A DNA stretch of 63,940 nucleotides, counting the filler, from Phoronis australis (taxonomy: Eukaryota > Animalia > Phoronida), in the NCBI GenBank assembly GCA_002633005.1. It is 9 parts of 9 records of this genome, joined end to end, with 100 filler letters (N's around TTAATTAATTAA, not from the genome) between each part and the next. Parts side by side here need not be neighbours in the genome. Positions count along the whole stretch, not along the records: positions 34,044 to 42,315 come from NMRA01001910.1; positions 42,416 to 52,008 come from NMRA01001802.1; 7 more parts are not named here. The stretch is one strand, 5' to 3'. How positions within the stretch are numbered: the stretch's first letter is position 1; every line of letters begins with the position of its first letter. Under the pieces are notes generated by a model, which saw only the letters and a list, made by a program, of their open reading frames with translations, made no database searches and was not told the origin of the DNA. Made by a program: the position numbers and the translations under genes. Positions 39,001-50,297 of the stretch are shown here, in pieces.

Positions 39001-40040
39001 TCTGAAATTTGTGAGTATGTAACGCGACAGGAAAGAGCATAATCTAAGCATTTTATCGATGATCTAAAATCAATTTTGGCGCGTAAAATGGCGAGAAAAT
39101 TTTGCGACCTGGCATTTATGAATGCTAGCTGGATTTTGGAAATGCGACCTGGGATTCTGGCTAGGTCGCAAAATGCGACCTGGCGATTTTAATAGCGTCG
39201 AGTCCTTACATATATGCCAATTTCTACAATATTATTATCCGGAAAGCGGTTTGGTTGATAGAGGGGTGCATGCCAAGAAACAAGACTCAAAGACAGTAAA
39301 TATGGCCACTAGGTGGTGCAAACTAGGTTGAATCCATCTGAAAACAGAAAGATATCGTCACCTCACTAACAGAAGCCAGCACGCCAAATGTTATTACGTT
39401 GAGGACCTTTGACGATACAGAGGTTAATGGAAAAAAATAAAATTGCCACTAGGTGGTACACCAGTATTCAGATGAAAGTGGTCGTCATATCAATGCACTC
39501 ACTAAATTTAGTAAAGATCCTGCAAACGGTTTAGGAAATATAGCCATAGGCGCAAAAAAAATGCCACTAGGAGGCGCCACAGTGGTCAAAGTAGTTGGAA
39601 AATCATCGTCAACTGTCCTCTTTATAGTAAGAACATACATGCCAATTTTCACTATCATGCTTAGAGCGGTTTGGTTGATAGACAGGTGGACGCTCAAATA
39701 TAGACTCGAAAACAGTAAAAATGGCCAATAGGTTGCGCAAACTACGTCAAAACCATCCGAAAACGAGAGAATATCGTCGTCTCACTAATAGATGACTGAA
39801 TACTAAATTTTGTGAAAATACGTTGAGGACCTCCAAAGATACAGAGGCGAGTGTAAAAAACTAAAATTGCCACTAGGGGGCACACCCGTAGTCGGAGAGG
39901 ACCGAAATTTGTCGTCATCCGTCATCAGCTTGATAGGACCACATCTGCCAAATCTCATCAAGATCCTGTCAGGGATTTAGGAGATACAGCTACGGATGCC
40001 GGGACATAGATGACGGCAATATAAAAATGTGGGTGCATAA
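36068..40040 (+). mobile_element. Helentron-associated (HINE/DINE-1-like) element with internal about 420-430-bp repeats built on GCCACTAG cores
   Basis: AACAAGAG start, hairpin CAACGC-gga-GCGTTG, subterminal IR ATGCGCCCAC / GTGGGTGCAT, inserted in an A-run without TSD. Related fragment near 57600-57900. Confidence 0.65.
36966..39207. mobile_element. Non-autonomous hAT-like element nested in the HINE; contains an N gap at 37689-38155
   Basis: TIRs CAGGGCTCGAC / GTCGAGTCCTT, subterminal TGCGACCTG repeats at both ends, ACAT duplicated in the flanks. Confidence 0.8.
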
Positions 40041-40362
40041 TAATGACAAAAGAGATGAAAAAACAGGAAACTGGAAATGAAATAAGAAGAAAATGAAACC
40101 AAGAAAGAGGAAATCCTTTCAAAAGAGGACAATTTCAAGCCCTGGCTAGAATCATCATCTTTCCATAGGCGACGTTGAATACCATCTCATTTTATACAAA
40201 CTTTTTGTATGATTCCTAGATTCTTCACCCCTTGACGCACTTGTGGAAGATTCTGTAAATAAAAAACAACATGTAATGACGACATTTGAATAGGGGACAT
40301 AAAGCAATGGAGACATGAAGCACTCACCCATTCAAATTTCACTGCATTTTTGGGGATATTAA

Positions 40363-41408
40363 AGGAGCATGCCACCCAAAAAACAACCTAATTTGTATCA
40401 ATTTAGATTGAGTAGTTCTACTCCATAACGACATGTACTTTTGCGTTACCCGACACCTGACAGCAGACGGAGGTGTTGAAATTATCCAATGACATCATCG
40501 GTTCGAACGCAGTCTATTCAGCCCTTCACAACACGCTTACTGGTGTCAAGTTGTCGCTTGAATTCATCATTTAACACCAATAAATCATCAAACTGCGAGG
40601 TAAAACCCTTAAAAATGCACCGAGTTCTTATAAAAACGTGTTCTTTTATTTCGCTGTTACGGATTTATTGGTATTTGGACACACCGAAGCCTACAAAGTT
40701 CTGCAGGCCAATATCATGGTCCGTAGCAGGAGTTTGGGGTCTGTTCGGAGATAAATTCGAAGTATTTTCCGTGAGATACAGACAGGAGAACCTAGATCTG
40801 TGTTGTTTAGACTTGTAATTTTTTTAGTTCTAAACACACAAAACGCTTGTGGCTCGGAGCCCGATCANGTTGGAAACTACATGTAAACTTCCAGTCAAGA
40901 AAATACTATACTAGTGAGCCAAAGTAACGTGCACGTAATTATGTTAGTGAATTACGGCGAAACTGTAAATCTACTTACTCGTCGGGGGCCGCGAATTCAG
41001 GCTCCGCTTTGGCCACAGCAACATCAGGGCAGAAGTTGTACATTGACAATCGGCATCATTTTAATAATGTAAATGTAAATAAAGACTCCCCTAACACCAG
41101 GCCGTGGGATAGAAATGCTGGCCACAGACACGGAGATGTTTCATGGCCTCATACTTGCTATTTACAGTGTACTTTTCATTCTTCACTACCATGAGCCACT
41201 TTCTAAACATTTCGGACTCTCGAGGAAGTCAAAAAAACGATATACCCGCTTTCCTCGCAGCAGCTAGTTCGGACAAGCACCAACATAGCGGCATTCACTC
41301 TGCATATGAACCACTGACGTCGCTGGCGTCGTTTCTCACCTTCCTCACAGGTTAACGCGACACCTCTTGGCAAGGTAAGGTCGACTGTATGCGATGTGGA
41401 TATAGACC
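40363..41408. mobile_element. Second copy of the Kolobok-type element (right end not found)
   Basis: TTAA-AGGAGCATGCCACCC start; collinear with 27927-29010. Confidence 0.85.
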
Positions 41409-41744
41409 AAGAGAGTTCAAAAAAATTGCAAATAGAGAAACAAGTGAATAGTAAAAAGTCACATCTTCGAGTGAGTAAGTTCTTTTAAAGGACTTGATTA
41501 TCCATGCAGTTATATTCGCCATACTATTTCTGCAGATAAATGTGTTTAAGCGATGCAATTTCGATGCGAGCTGATTAATATTTGACGCGCAATGCGAGTG
41601 TGATGTGTATGGCACTCGATTTTACACTTTCACAATGCGTACTTCCAACCCTGTTGAAGGTTTGGTTTACTGACTAAGGAACACTCAGTTGCCCAAATTT
41701 GTTACTTTACATTCTTCTGTAATAGTTAACTGATTTTCCCACTC

Positions 41745-42135
41745 AAACAACAACAGAGTACACAACAGAATTCAAGATCCCTTTGGAGAAAGAGATCTTG
41801 ACTAGGTGCACCATTTTCATAAGCTTATTTGTTTTAGCTATGAGCCTCATTCTTGGGCGAGACAGTCAAGACAATAGGGGACCTTTTCTACAAGGCAGAC
41901 ACATTCCTAGTGCCATGCATTTGTTGAAGACCTAACAGACAACACATCAAATGTGGTAGGAGCAGGATGGGTGATGAAGAAACTGGATGAAATAATTGTA
42001 AAGGGCAGCATGAAATTCAAGGTGACGAAATCTAGTCTTGATGAAAGGGAAACTGAGCTAGCACCAAGCCTTCAGGATAAACGATCAGTCAATGCAATAT
42101 CTGGGTAAGGTGTAAAGCAGTAGCCTGAGTGGCAT
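41745..42135 (+). mobile_element. Degenerate reverse-transcriptase relic of an R2-group (Hero-like) non-LTR retrotransposon
   Basis: Frameshifted PLEKEILTRCTIFISLFVLAMSLI, HAFVEDLT...WVMKKLDEII..SMKFKVTKS and YLGKV, resembling GCTIS.LF.LAM / AFMDDLT / RM.FKP.KS. Confidence 0.7.
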
Positions 42136-42315
42136 CCCGAACGTGAGAGACATCTTGTTCATGGGGAGACTGAAGAAGATTGTGTCAAAGATCATGTTTT
42201 AAAACTGACAAGAACATCTGAACCAAGCAAAAACTAAATGTACCCACATTTGGCCAAATAAACACGGTTTACAACCTTTAGGCAGGCTAATCAAAGAGAT
42301 CTACATAAATTCAAA

Positions 42316-42415
42316 NNNNNNNNNNNNNNNNNNNNNNNNNNNNNNNNNNNNNNNNNNNNTTAATTAATTAANNNNNNNNNNNNNNNNNNNNNNNNNNNNN
42401 NNNNNNNNNNNNNNN
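42316..42415. other. Artificial contig linker
   Basis: 44N-TTAATTAATTAA-44N. Confidence 0.98.
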
Positions 42416-44058
42416 GGGTTTGAATTTCAAAGACTGTTTCTTATTTTGGATTGTCATCCATAAGTCTAGTGTTCACATTGGGTGTTTTTCTATACAGAAA
42501 TGTTCTAAAAGCTATGAATACGATTTTACATCTGAAATTATGAAATAATTGAACTTAACTTCATTTTTACTAGTTATTGGACGACTTAGATGGCCAGGTT
42601 TGTATGGTGCGATTGTTCTTTTTCCTCATTACCAACCTTTCTTCCAAAACTAAAATTTGCGTCCTTTATAAATTGTATGCGTTAAATTCTGATTTTTAAT
42701 GTTTCATCCTCTCCAATCACAAGTTATTTTTCATGTGAAATATCTTTTTCTCTGTGGGTGTCACTACTTATTTATTTCCTTACTGGTTACTATAACAACA
42801 AGTTTCTGTTATGTTTTCCATGCTTTCGTTTCTTACTAAAGAATTCCATTTTGAAAACTTGCAGTTTTAGCTTGCAGTGACGACATATTTCAACATATCT
42901 CAGAGCATAAATCGTAAAGTGAAGAAGAGCTTTATACCCTTAATCTTGTAACTTGGTTTTTCAAAGTAATAAAGTTCAACACTGCTTCATATCTTCAAAC
43001 TGATCTACTAAAAGTGCACCACTGACTGCGATGTAGCAAACAAGGTCTGGCTTAAAATCTGAAGACATCATGGCACTTATGATGCTTCTAAAGTATCCTG
43101 TTAAACGACCTGTGAAAGCGGCTAGAAACTAACTTTTAGGACAAGCCACTTACTTCTATAACACTGGTTTAAACTCCTTCCTAACTCGCGTGAGAAATGG
43201 CTCCTTGCCTTGGAAAAAAGGCAATTCTTTGTTTCACGAGATTATGCTCAGTGCAGAATATGAGCCCGTGTCCAGTCTGAAGCAATGATGAACTCTCAAG
43301 TTTTTTCAAATCCACAAATTGACTCGACTGATTTGACTAAGAAACAATTTGAGACCAAATTCATGACAGTCATTTTTTTACAGAATTTAGGTTTTTAGCC
43401 ACTTAAAAATTCGATGTTTTCTGTAGTTGAACAGTAATTTGACAGTATCCCTGCTTGCAAACTAAACTGACTGAGTACACGACAGTGATGCTTGTTTGTA
43501 TTTATAACTTTGTTGTACAGACATTCTCATACAGTAAGAATTCTCTAGTTTGTAACAGTGAGACATTATGGTCCGAGTTTGTACCAGATTTTAGATGTAG
43601 GCAATACTGGCCATCCCAAATTCAAGAATTACAATCAACAACAAAGTTCGTTCACCTAGATGTTGGACGCTTGGGGAATCATGAAAATGTTGCAACAGTG
43701 GCTATTTTTGACGATTTTATCAACTGCCATCATGTTTTCAGACTGTGTAGATACAAGACATGCAGTGTCAGATATTTGCTAAGTATCATGAATGCCAACT
43801 GAAAACCTTACAAAAAAGAAAACAAAAACATGTCCCAATTTTCAGTATCAGGAAACTTCAATTTTGGTTTGAATTTTAGTGTCTCAAAGTATTGAGACTT
43901 TCCCAAACTGGAGAATTTTACCGTATTCACTGAATTTATGATGTGAATTGTTATTAAAACAGGCAACACTGCCCGACCAATTTAAAGTGACGTAAAATTT
44001 CCAATGGTACAATGCTCTCTCTCTCTCTCTTCATGTATATCACTTGCTCACTTTTCAG

Positions 44059-44129
44059 AGGGAGGCTCCACCCAAGCCAGCACGCAGAGTGGGAGGCTGG
44101 GGGGACGAGACTTCAGCAGCTAACAAGGG
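44059..44129 (+). CDS. IFT43: Intraflagellar transport protein 43, internal exon (REAPPKPARRVGGWGDETSAANKG)
   Basis: CTTTTCAG| ... |GTAAAT, phase 0/2; PPKP.RR.GGW motif of IFT43. Confidence 0.85.
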
Positions 44130-45447
44130 GTAAATCTTGAGTCTGAATGAAAAATCTTTGTTTTTGCATTTGAAAACTTTTATACCTTTATTATTTGTGC
44201 TTTATATCTGCTTGTAGATCATTATTGTTTTATTATTGTAAAATTCTCCAGTTTGTGACATGGAAAATTAATTATTTTGGTCAAGGCCAGAGCTTGCACC
44301 AAATTTTAGAAATAGTCAACATTGAATGTCCAAATTCGAGAACAGCATATTTGAGAAATACTCTGAATGCCAAAATCCCCTGTGTCTCAATATTCAGAAT
44401 CACGAAAATTCAAATTTGGCTTGAATTTCGGTGTTTAAAATTTTAGAGACTGCCGAACTGGAGAATGTTTACCGTACTTTCCTACTGACCTTTGTTATCA
44501 ATGTTGAATTCAAAGTAGCATCAATGAGAAACAAGGTGGTCTGCCACCTCCGGTGACAGTGCACCTACATTCTGTAGTCACAGGTGTATCAGGCAAGGGA
44601 TTGTAGTTGTTCCCCTCCCCGAGAGGCTGGCAATAGTTATGGCGAATGTGGGCAAGACGGGGAAAATACTGGCCAGCGCGGTATCCATTAGAAAAACATG
44701 GGAAGAAATTGGAGAAGGCACTTCGACAAGAGAAAAAAATATTCGTGCCAGGAGGAGTCATTGTGACTGGGGGGCAGGGTGAAATTGGTGGGGAGCGGGA
44801 GTGGCCGCCTTGGTGGAGGAGGTGAAACTGGTGGCAAATGGGGCAGTCAGTGGCGACTAGGGGCACAACACTAGTGGCGGCAAGGGGTAAGAAAGCAAGA
44901 AAACCTTCCTAGCCCTGTGTTCAGGCTAATTTAAATCCTATTCCCCTTACAAGAAGTCATGTTCAGATACATCTATGTCTGCACCTGCTTACTAATGTTC
45001 TCACCAGGTATTAGCAGAAGCACAATACTCAGTTATGCTATCCAAAGTACAAAATGAACAAATTCTGTATTTCACAATGAAAAGGCACTCGTTATTAAAT
45101 TGACTAGTTTTGTACTGTCGAACTGCGTAACAAGAAACTTGCAAAGACCTTTCTAGGACATGCGTTGATGAAGTCCGCTGTACAACCAAATCAAATGTAA
45201 ATTTGGATTGGGATGTTTGGAACGGAAAGTTATAAAATGAGCGTAGGTCACCAAAGAGGAGCCTTTTGATGCGTTCTGACTATACTGTGGCATGTACTTT
45301 ACTGGAAAATTTGAGTATGCCCATGCGAACTTGTGCATGGTGGTCAACACGTGAGTGGGATGGTCCACCCTTCTCAATGAGACTGGTGAGAGCTCTGCTA
45401 TTCATGGTTACTAACTGCATGTCTCTAGAACTGACGTTATGTTTCAG

Positions 45448-45492
45448 TCGCAGACGTAAGCTCGGTGAGGAGGAGGTGAACGACTTTGACGA
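45448..45492 (+). CDS. IFT43: IFT43 internal exon (RRRKLGEEEVNDFD); alternative in-frame acceptor at 45454
   Basis: Phase 2/2, GTTTCAG| ... |GTAAGT. Confidence 0.75.
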
Positions 45493-45502
45493 GTAAGTTG
45501 AC

Positions 45503-45657
45503 TGTCTGCTGTTATGACTTACATCTTTCTGTTGTTATGACTTAAGCCAGTCTGCTATAATGGCTTACATTGTCTGCTGTTACAACATATGTCGTCTGCT
45601 GGCATAACTTACATCATCTGCTGTTATGACTTAAGTTAACGTCATCTGCTATGACTT
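45503..45657. repeat. Degenerate about 22-bp tandem repeat (GTCTGCTGTTATGACTTACATC-like)
   Basis: About 7 imperfect units directly after the donor site. Confidence 0.7.
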
Positions 45658-46340
45658 CGGCATAATGACTGCACTTTGGGCCTGAAATCCATTACTTTCC
45701 ATTTTATTAATAACTGAACTTACTTTTGATTTTCTTGAGTATATCTTAATATTTGCAGGTAAGTTCATGATCCCCTTTGCTTTTGATGACTAATATTTTA
45801 AAGCTACAAGTTCTAGTCCGAGCTCAATGTCTCAAGACTGTTTAAACTCAACAGTTTTTGAACTCCAGTGTTTGTGGAATGCAAACGGTCTTCAAATGTG
45901 AATATGGATTTCAGATAGTCATCTGCATAAACCATAACATACTCGCTCATAAAATCAACCCTGTACACTTTGTTCCTACTTAAGTTAAACAGGCAAATGT
46001 GAAAAAAATGAGATGAAGTTTGGCAACTGGATTTCAGGCCTTGATTGTTTTGGTGATTGCATTGTGTGGGGGTATGTGGATCACTCAAGTGTTCTGATAA
46101 CCCTGAGCGTGGTGTCCTACAGTCATCCTCACAAAAGATCTCGAACTCTCACAAATAACACAGAACACCCAGTTAACTATTGGTCGCATGGTGTGACTGA
46201 CATATTGACATGTGAAAAGACTTATAATGTTTACATATACCATGTCAACAGGTTGATTTATAATAGCCAAATTATATGCTCTTCCAAGTTTGGGTAAGAT
46301 GCCTCCTCTAAGTCTAATTGGGTTTGTGTAACCAACCAGT

Positions 46341-46401
46341 GGTCCCGCAAGCTCAGACTAGAGCGTTTGCATGGTTAGCAGAAAATCAGCAGGTTCGAAC
46401 C
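46341..46401 (+). mobile_element. Degenerate tRNA-derived SINE head
   Basis: A-box-like AGCTCAGACTAGAGC and B-box GGTTCGAACC; no complete cloverleaf. Confidence 0.4.
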
Positions 46402-46529
46402 TTTCAGACTTTACTTTATGTCACGTAATGTGACCAACACTGTATGGCGTGTATGAAGACTAATAATGATTACTTATACCTTAATAATGCACTGATTTAC
46501 ATATAATAACGTATTTTGTTTGTAGTTAA

Positions 46530-47007
46530 GGTTGTGTTGCACCTTGTTGACAACTCTGCATTAATTTTTAGCCAAACTATAGGTTTTAACTCAGTAAGGG
46601 TATATGTTTTCGGACAGTAAAAAGCTTTTAGAATTTGATTTTTGACTTTTTACCAATCCGTTACTAATTGGATCACATGACCGTGTCTTTTTAGTAAAAT
46701 GGATAACAAAACAGCGGTATATCATTAACATGATCAGCTTTTATTCGATATTAATGTTCAAGATGAGACCTCAAAAATGCTGTTACAGTTTTCTAAAGTA
46801 TTTTGTTTTTGTTTATGCAAATTTTTTCATGAAAATCATAAAACTCACATTTTTGATACTCCCCCATGTGAAAAGGAAACACTTAAAAGCAATTCATTAA
46901 AGCGTTTTGTAGAGCAGTGCTTAAACCGTATACTTTCAGACAATTTCGGCGATACAATGTTCCGAAGTTAGCCAAATTTAGATGTTTTTCTATGGTCGTA
47001 CATAACC
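46530..47007. mobile_element. Kolobok-like MITE flanked by TTAA
   Basis: TTAA-GGTTGTGTTGCACC ... GGTCGTACATAACC-TTAA. Confidence 0.65.
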
Positions 47008-47766
47008 TTAACTGAAGACTTTTTTATTGGTGGAGGTGCTGTTTAAAAAGTGGTGTGCTGTTAAATGTTTGAAATTTCTGTGACTTAGGTAAAAGAATTT
47101 CTAGAAATTTTAATGAAACGTTTTTGCAGAAACAAAGTGCGCTGACTTAGTGAATGTAAGGGTTCATTTTTTTGGTGCTAAGAAGTGGTTATTTACTGAC
47201 GTGTATTTGTAAAACCCAAAACTGGAATTTTCTTGGGGTTTTTTGTATTTATTTGTTCTCTGTGAGGAAATGGTTATGATGGTTTTATTGAAAAATGTTG
47301 CCATGTGTTCGGGAAAATATGTCCGAGATAAGTGCGTCTGCCCGAGATAAGTGCGTCTGCTTCCAACTAATTCATCTCTCAGTTAGTGATTTTTCTTATT
47401 CCATCACCTTGTGTTGTTTTGCAACCATTTTCATTGGCAATACATTTGTTAGTAACAGCCCTTTTGTAATGTGTTGTGCTAGACATTAATGCAGTGAAAC
47501 CTAGGACCATTACTACCAGAGTGAAACAGAGAAACCCAGAGAGCAAGGCTGATAATGATTATTTATTATTGTGATTATTTATTATTGTGTATGACTTCAG
47601 TGTTGTCTCAGTTCCTCGTAGTTGCAATCCTTTTGATTGGTAAACATTTCTCAAAACAAGCAAGGGCAAATTTCAATGGAAAGTCCTCAGTTCTTCATCA
47701 ATGACATTGAGCTTATGTCAGAGGTTTGACGTTTGAGCTGTGGAAAGTCTTCGAGTGCAGCCTTTC

Positions 47767-48006
47767 AGGGCTTAGAATTTCCCTCTTTCGAGAAGATTTC
47801 CTGTTTTTTGGTTTCAGTTTCCTCTTATTTGATTTCCAGTATCCTCTTTCTTTCTCTTTTTTATCATTATTTTGACTTTTTCCATGCAATAACGTTTATT
47901 TCAATTAAATTTTAAAGCACAAAAATTATTTCTATCACTCAAGCCTATTTATTTGTGGAATAATATATCCCCTGGAAAATTTTCCTCTTTTTGTCATTGG
48001 TCATTC
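47767..48006 (+). mobile_element. hAT-type MITE copy (family of 50048-50297), right TIR eroded
   Basis: CAGGGCTTAGAAT start; collinear with 50048-50290. Confidence 0.75.
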
Positions 48007-48049
48007 ATTTGGAGGTGTTTACAATTACGTTGAAAATCATATTTTCCAG

Positions 48050-48096
48050 TGACCGACTGAAGCAAACCTCGACCCCAGACAACGACTCAGACAGCG
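48050..48096 (+). CDS. IFT43: IFT43 internal exon (DRLKQTSTPDNDSDS)
   Basis: TTTTCCAG| ... G|GTATGT, phase 2/1; bridges neighbouring exons in frame. Confidence 0.8.
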
Positions 48097-49597
48097 GTAT
48101 GTCATAATCATTTTTATTGTGGTTTGTGGTTTTCAGTTGCGCTTCTAAATCAGGGCTCATCAAATCTGTGCAATTGTGGTCTCGTTTATTTTTCATGTTC
48201 CTCTAAAAGCATTGGAAAAATAATTAAATCACCGAAGTATTTTGTCAGGTGTAAAGTGCGCAATATTCATCAATTTTGTTAATGGAGGCAGTTCATATGG
48301 CCTCTTTGCTTAAACTTAAAGCATTACGCCAATGTCATCTCTGTTGGACGTAGCGTTCAACTAACTGTTATTCAGTTTTTGAATTGTCACTGTTATTGTC
48401 ATTTTGTTGTTGTTGATGTTAGTTAGTCAAGGTTGTATTTTCACATTAGGCTCGTAACCTGTGCGAGTAGCCTTGTAATATGGCTGGTTTTCTACGATTG
48501 TGCCATGTCCACGAGAGATCATAGGCAGTGATTTGTGTCAAACCATCTCAAACTTTTTTAACCTCCGAAAATTCTTGTAGTCTTAATGTATAACATTGGG
48601 GACTTGGTTGATTAAAATTCTGAATCCTGTGGCCATCTTGTTCTTTGTAAGAATGTTGGGTGGGTAAGGCATTATTCATCCGTCCTCAAGGTCTTGTGAT
48701 TTTGGCCACTTGTTGCATGCTAGAGCAATGCAAGATTATATAGATAGACTAAACACCCATGGCCAAATAAAAGGGGTGACCAAGTCTTCTAGGATGAAAC
48801 GTTTTGGCTATTCGTGTACAAAGTGAGGAATTGATTTTGTTGGTAAAATGCTAGACACCGTCTGCTGTACAATCCTGTGTCATCTGACAAACGTTTTACT
48901 TGTTTGCCATCTTTGATAAGCTTTTCCTTGAGCTTGAAATCCAATCTCTGACCTCAAACTCGAGTTTACAGTATTTTTAGCGTCATCGATATTTCCTCGT
49001 CTTCTCTATACTTGTGTGAATTGTGATTTATGTAGGGAGTACTAAATCTAAGATTGAACTTGATGACCACTAAAATTAAATTTAAATTTGTGGCTTTGAT
49101 GTTGGGGTCATCAAGTGCAAACTTGTTCTAAGCCACGTAAATAATAAATGTACTCGTGCACAAAATCAAAGACGTGTACCTTGAGTTCATGTTTTGAAAA
49201 TGGCACTATAAATAATGAATTTTGTTGGAGTTCAAATTCGAGTCCAAAGATTAGATTTCAAGGCCTGGATCAATGAAGAAATTTTGTTTACATTTGCCAT
49301 TGTTGTCATTGTATTCTAATTGTGTTGTTTCTTTTTTTCCTGTGTGTGCGTGTGTTTACCTGCCTCCTCACTGTTTCTGTGTGAACCAACTGCATCTACA
49401 GCAACAGGTAGGCATCATGGGCTGTTATGCAGCTCCCCCTTTTGGTTCAATGAATGAACATACTATAGGACTGACTGCTCAGTGGATTCGATTTGTTTTC
49501 TACTAACTCATATTTGCATGTTCATGAAACCTAGCAAAGCAAACAACTAATATTTAGATATTACAACTCTTATGGTATGAACTGTGGCGAATATCAC

Positions 49598-49753
49598 CAG
49601 TGGCGTATTTAAAGGGAGGCCATGCCCTTCCCCCCCTAAAATTCTCCTAGATCCATTTGGCATTTCGGAGGCGTGAACGTCTGACGAGCAAAATCGTGGC
49701 TAATAATGTGACGTGGCCCCCCCCCCCAACTCAAAATCCTGGATCCACCCCTG
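49598..49753. mobile_element. hAT-type MITE, 156 bp, 5-bp TSD ATCAC
   Basis: CAGTGGCGTATT ... GGATCCACCCCTG, ATCAC on both flanks. Confidence 0.8.
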
Positions 49754-49981
49754 ATCACCTGTCTGCTACAAGAAGAACAATAAATTTTTGTTTTCAATCA
49801 AAAGTCATCTTTTGAATTAAGCCTCTTACCGCACAAAATCAATCTGATCTGGTTCATTCANGGATCCACCCCTGATCACCTGTCTGCTACAAGAAGAACA
49901 ATAAATTTTTGTTTTCAATCAAAAGTCATCTTTTGAATTAAGCCTCTTACCGCACAAAATCAATCTGATCTGGTTCATTCA
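49741..49981. repeat. Exact 120-bp duplication across a single N (scaffolding overlap artefact)
   Basis: 49741-49860 equals 49862-49981. Confidence 0.9.
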
Positions 49982-50047
49982 GATTAGAAATTATTTCTCA
50001 CCTTGAGAACAACTGACTTGGTCGTTATTGACTTGGGCTGCATCACA

Positions 50048-50297
50048 CAGGGCTTGGAATTTTACTCTTTAAGAGGATTTCCTCTTTTTTGGTTTCAATT
50101 TTCTCACATTTGATTTCCAGTTTCCTCTTTTTTAATCTCTTTTATCATTATTTTAACTTTGTTCATGCAAAAAGCATTTCTTGCAGTTAAATTTTACAAC
50201 ACAGAAAACTATTTCTATCACTAAGCCTATTTATTTGTAGAACGATATGTTACCTGGAAAATGTTCTTCTTTTTGTCATGGGTCATTCCAAGCCCTG
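50048..50297 (+). mobile_element. Intact 250-bp hAT-type MITE, probable 6-bp TSD (ATCACA/ATTACA)
   Basis: Perfect 13-bp TIRs CAGGGCTTGGAAT / ATTCCAAGCCCTG. Confidence 0.85.

Larger units (their letters stand above)
35976..40144 (-). mobile_element. hAT-type MITE (family of 50048-50297), 6-bp TSD GCTAGA, split by nested insertions
   Basis: CAGGGCTTGGAAT at 35976 and TTCAAGCCCTG ending 40144, GCTAGA on both flanks. The two halves match the reverse complement of the intact copy. Confidence 0.85.

Noticed and set aside
46341-46401. tRNA gene
   Set aside because: A/B-box-like motifs only; acceptor and anticodon stems do not form. Treated as a SINE remnant.
49741-49981. Real 120-bp tandem duplication
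   Set aside because: Exact copy across a single N, typical of a scaffolding overlap.
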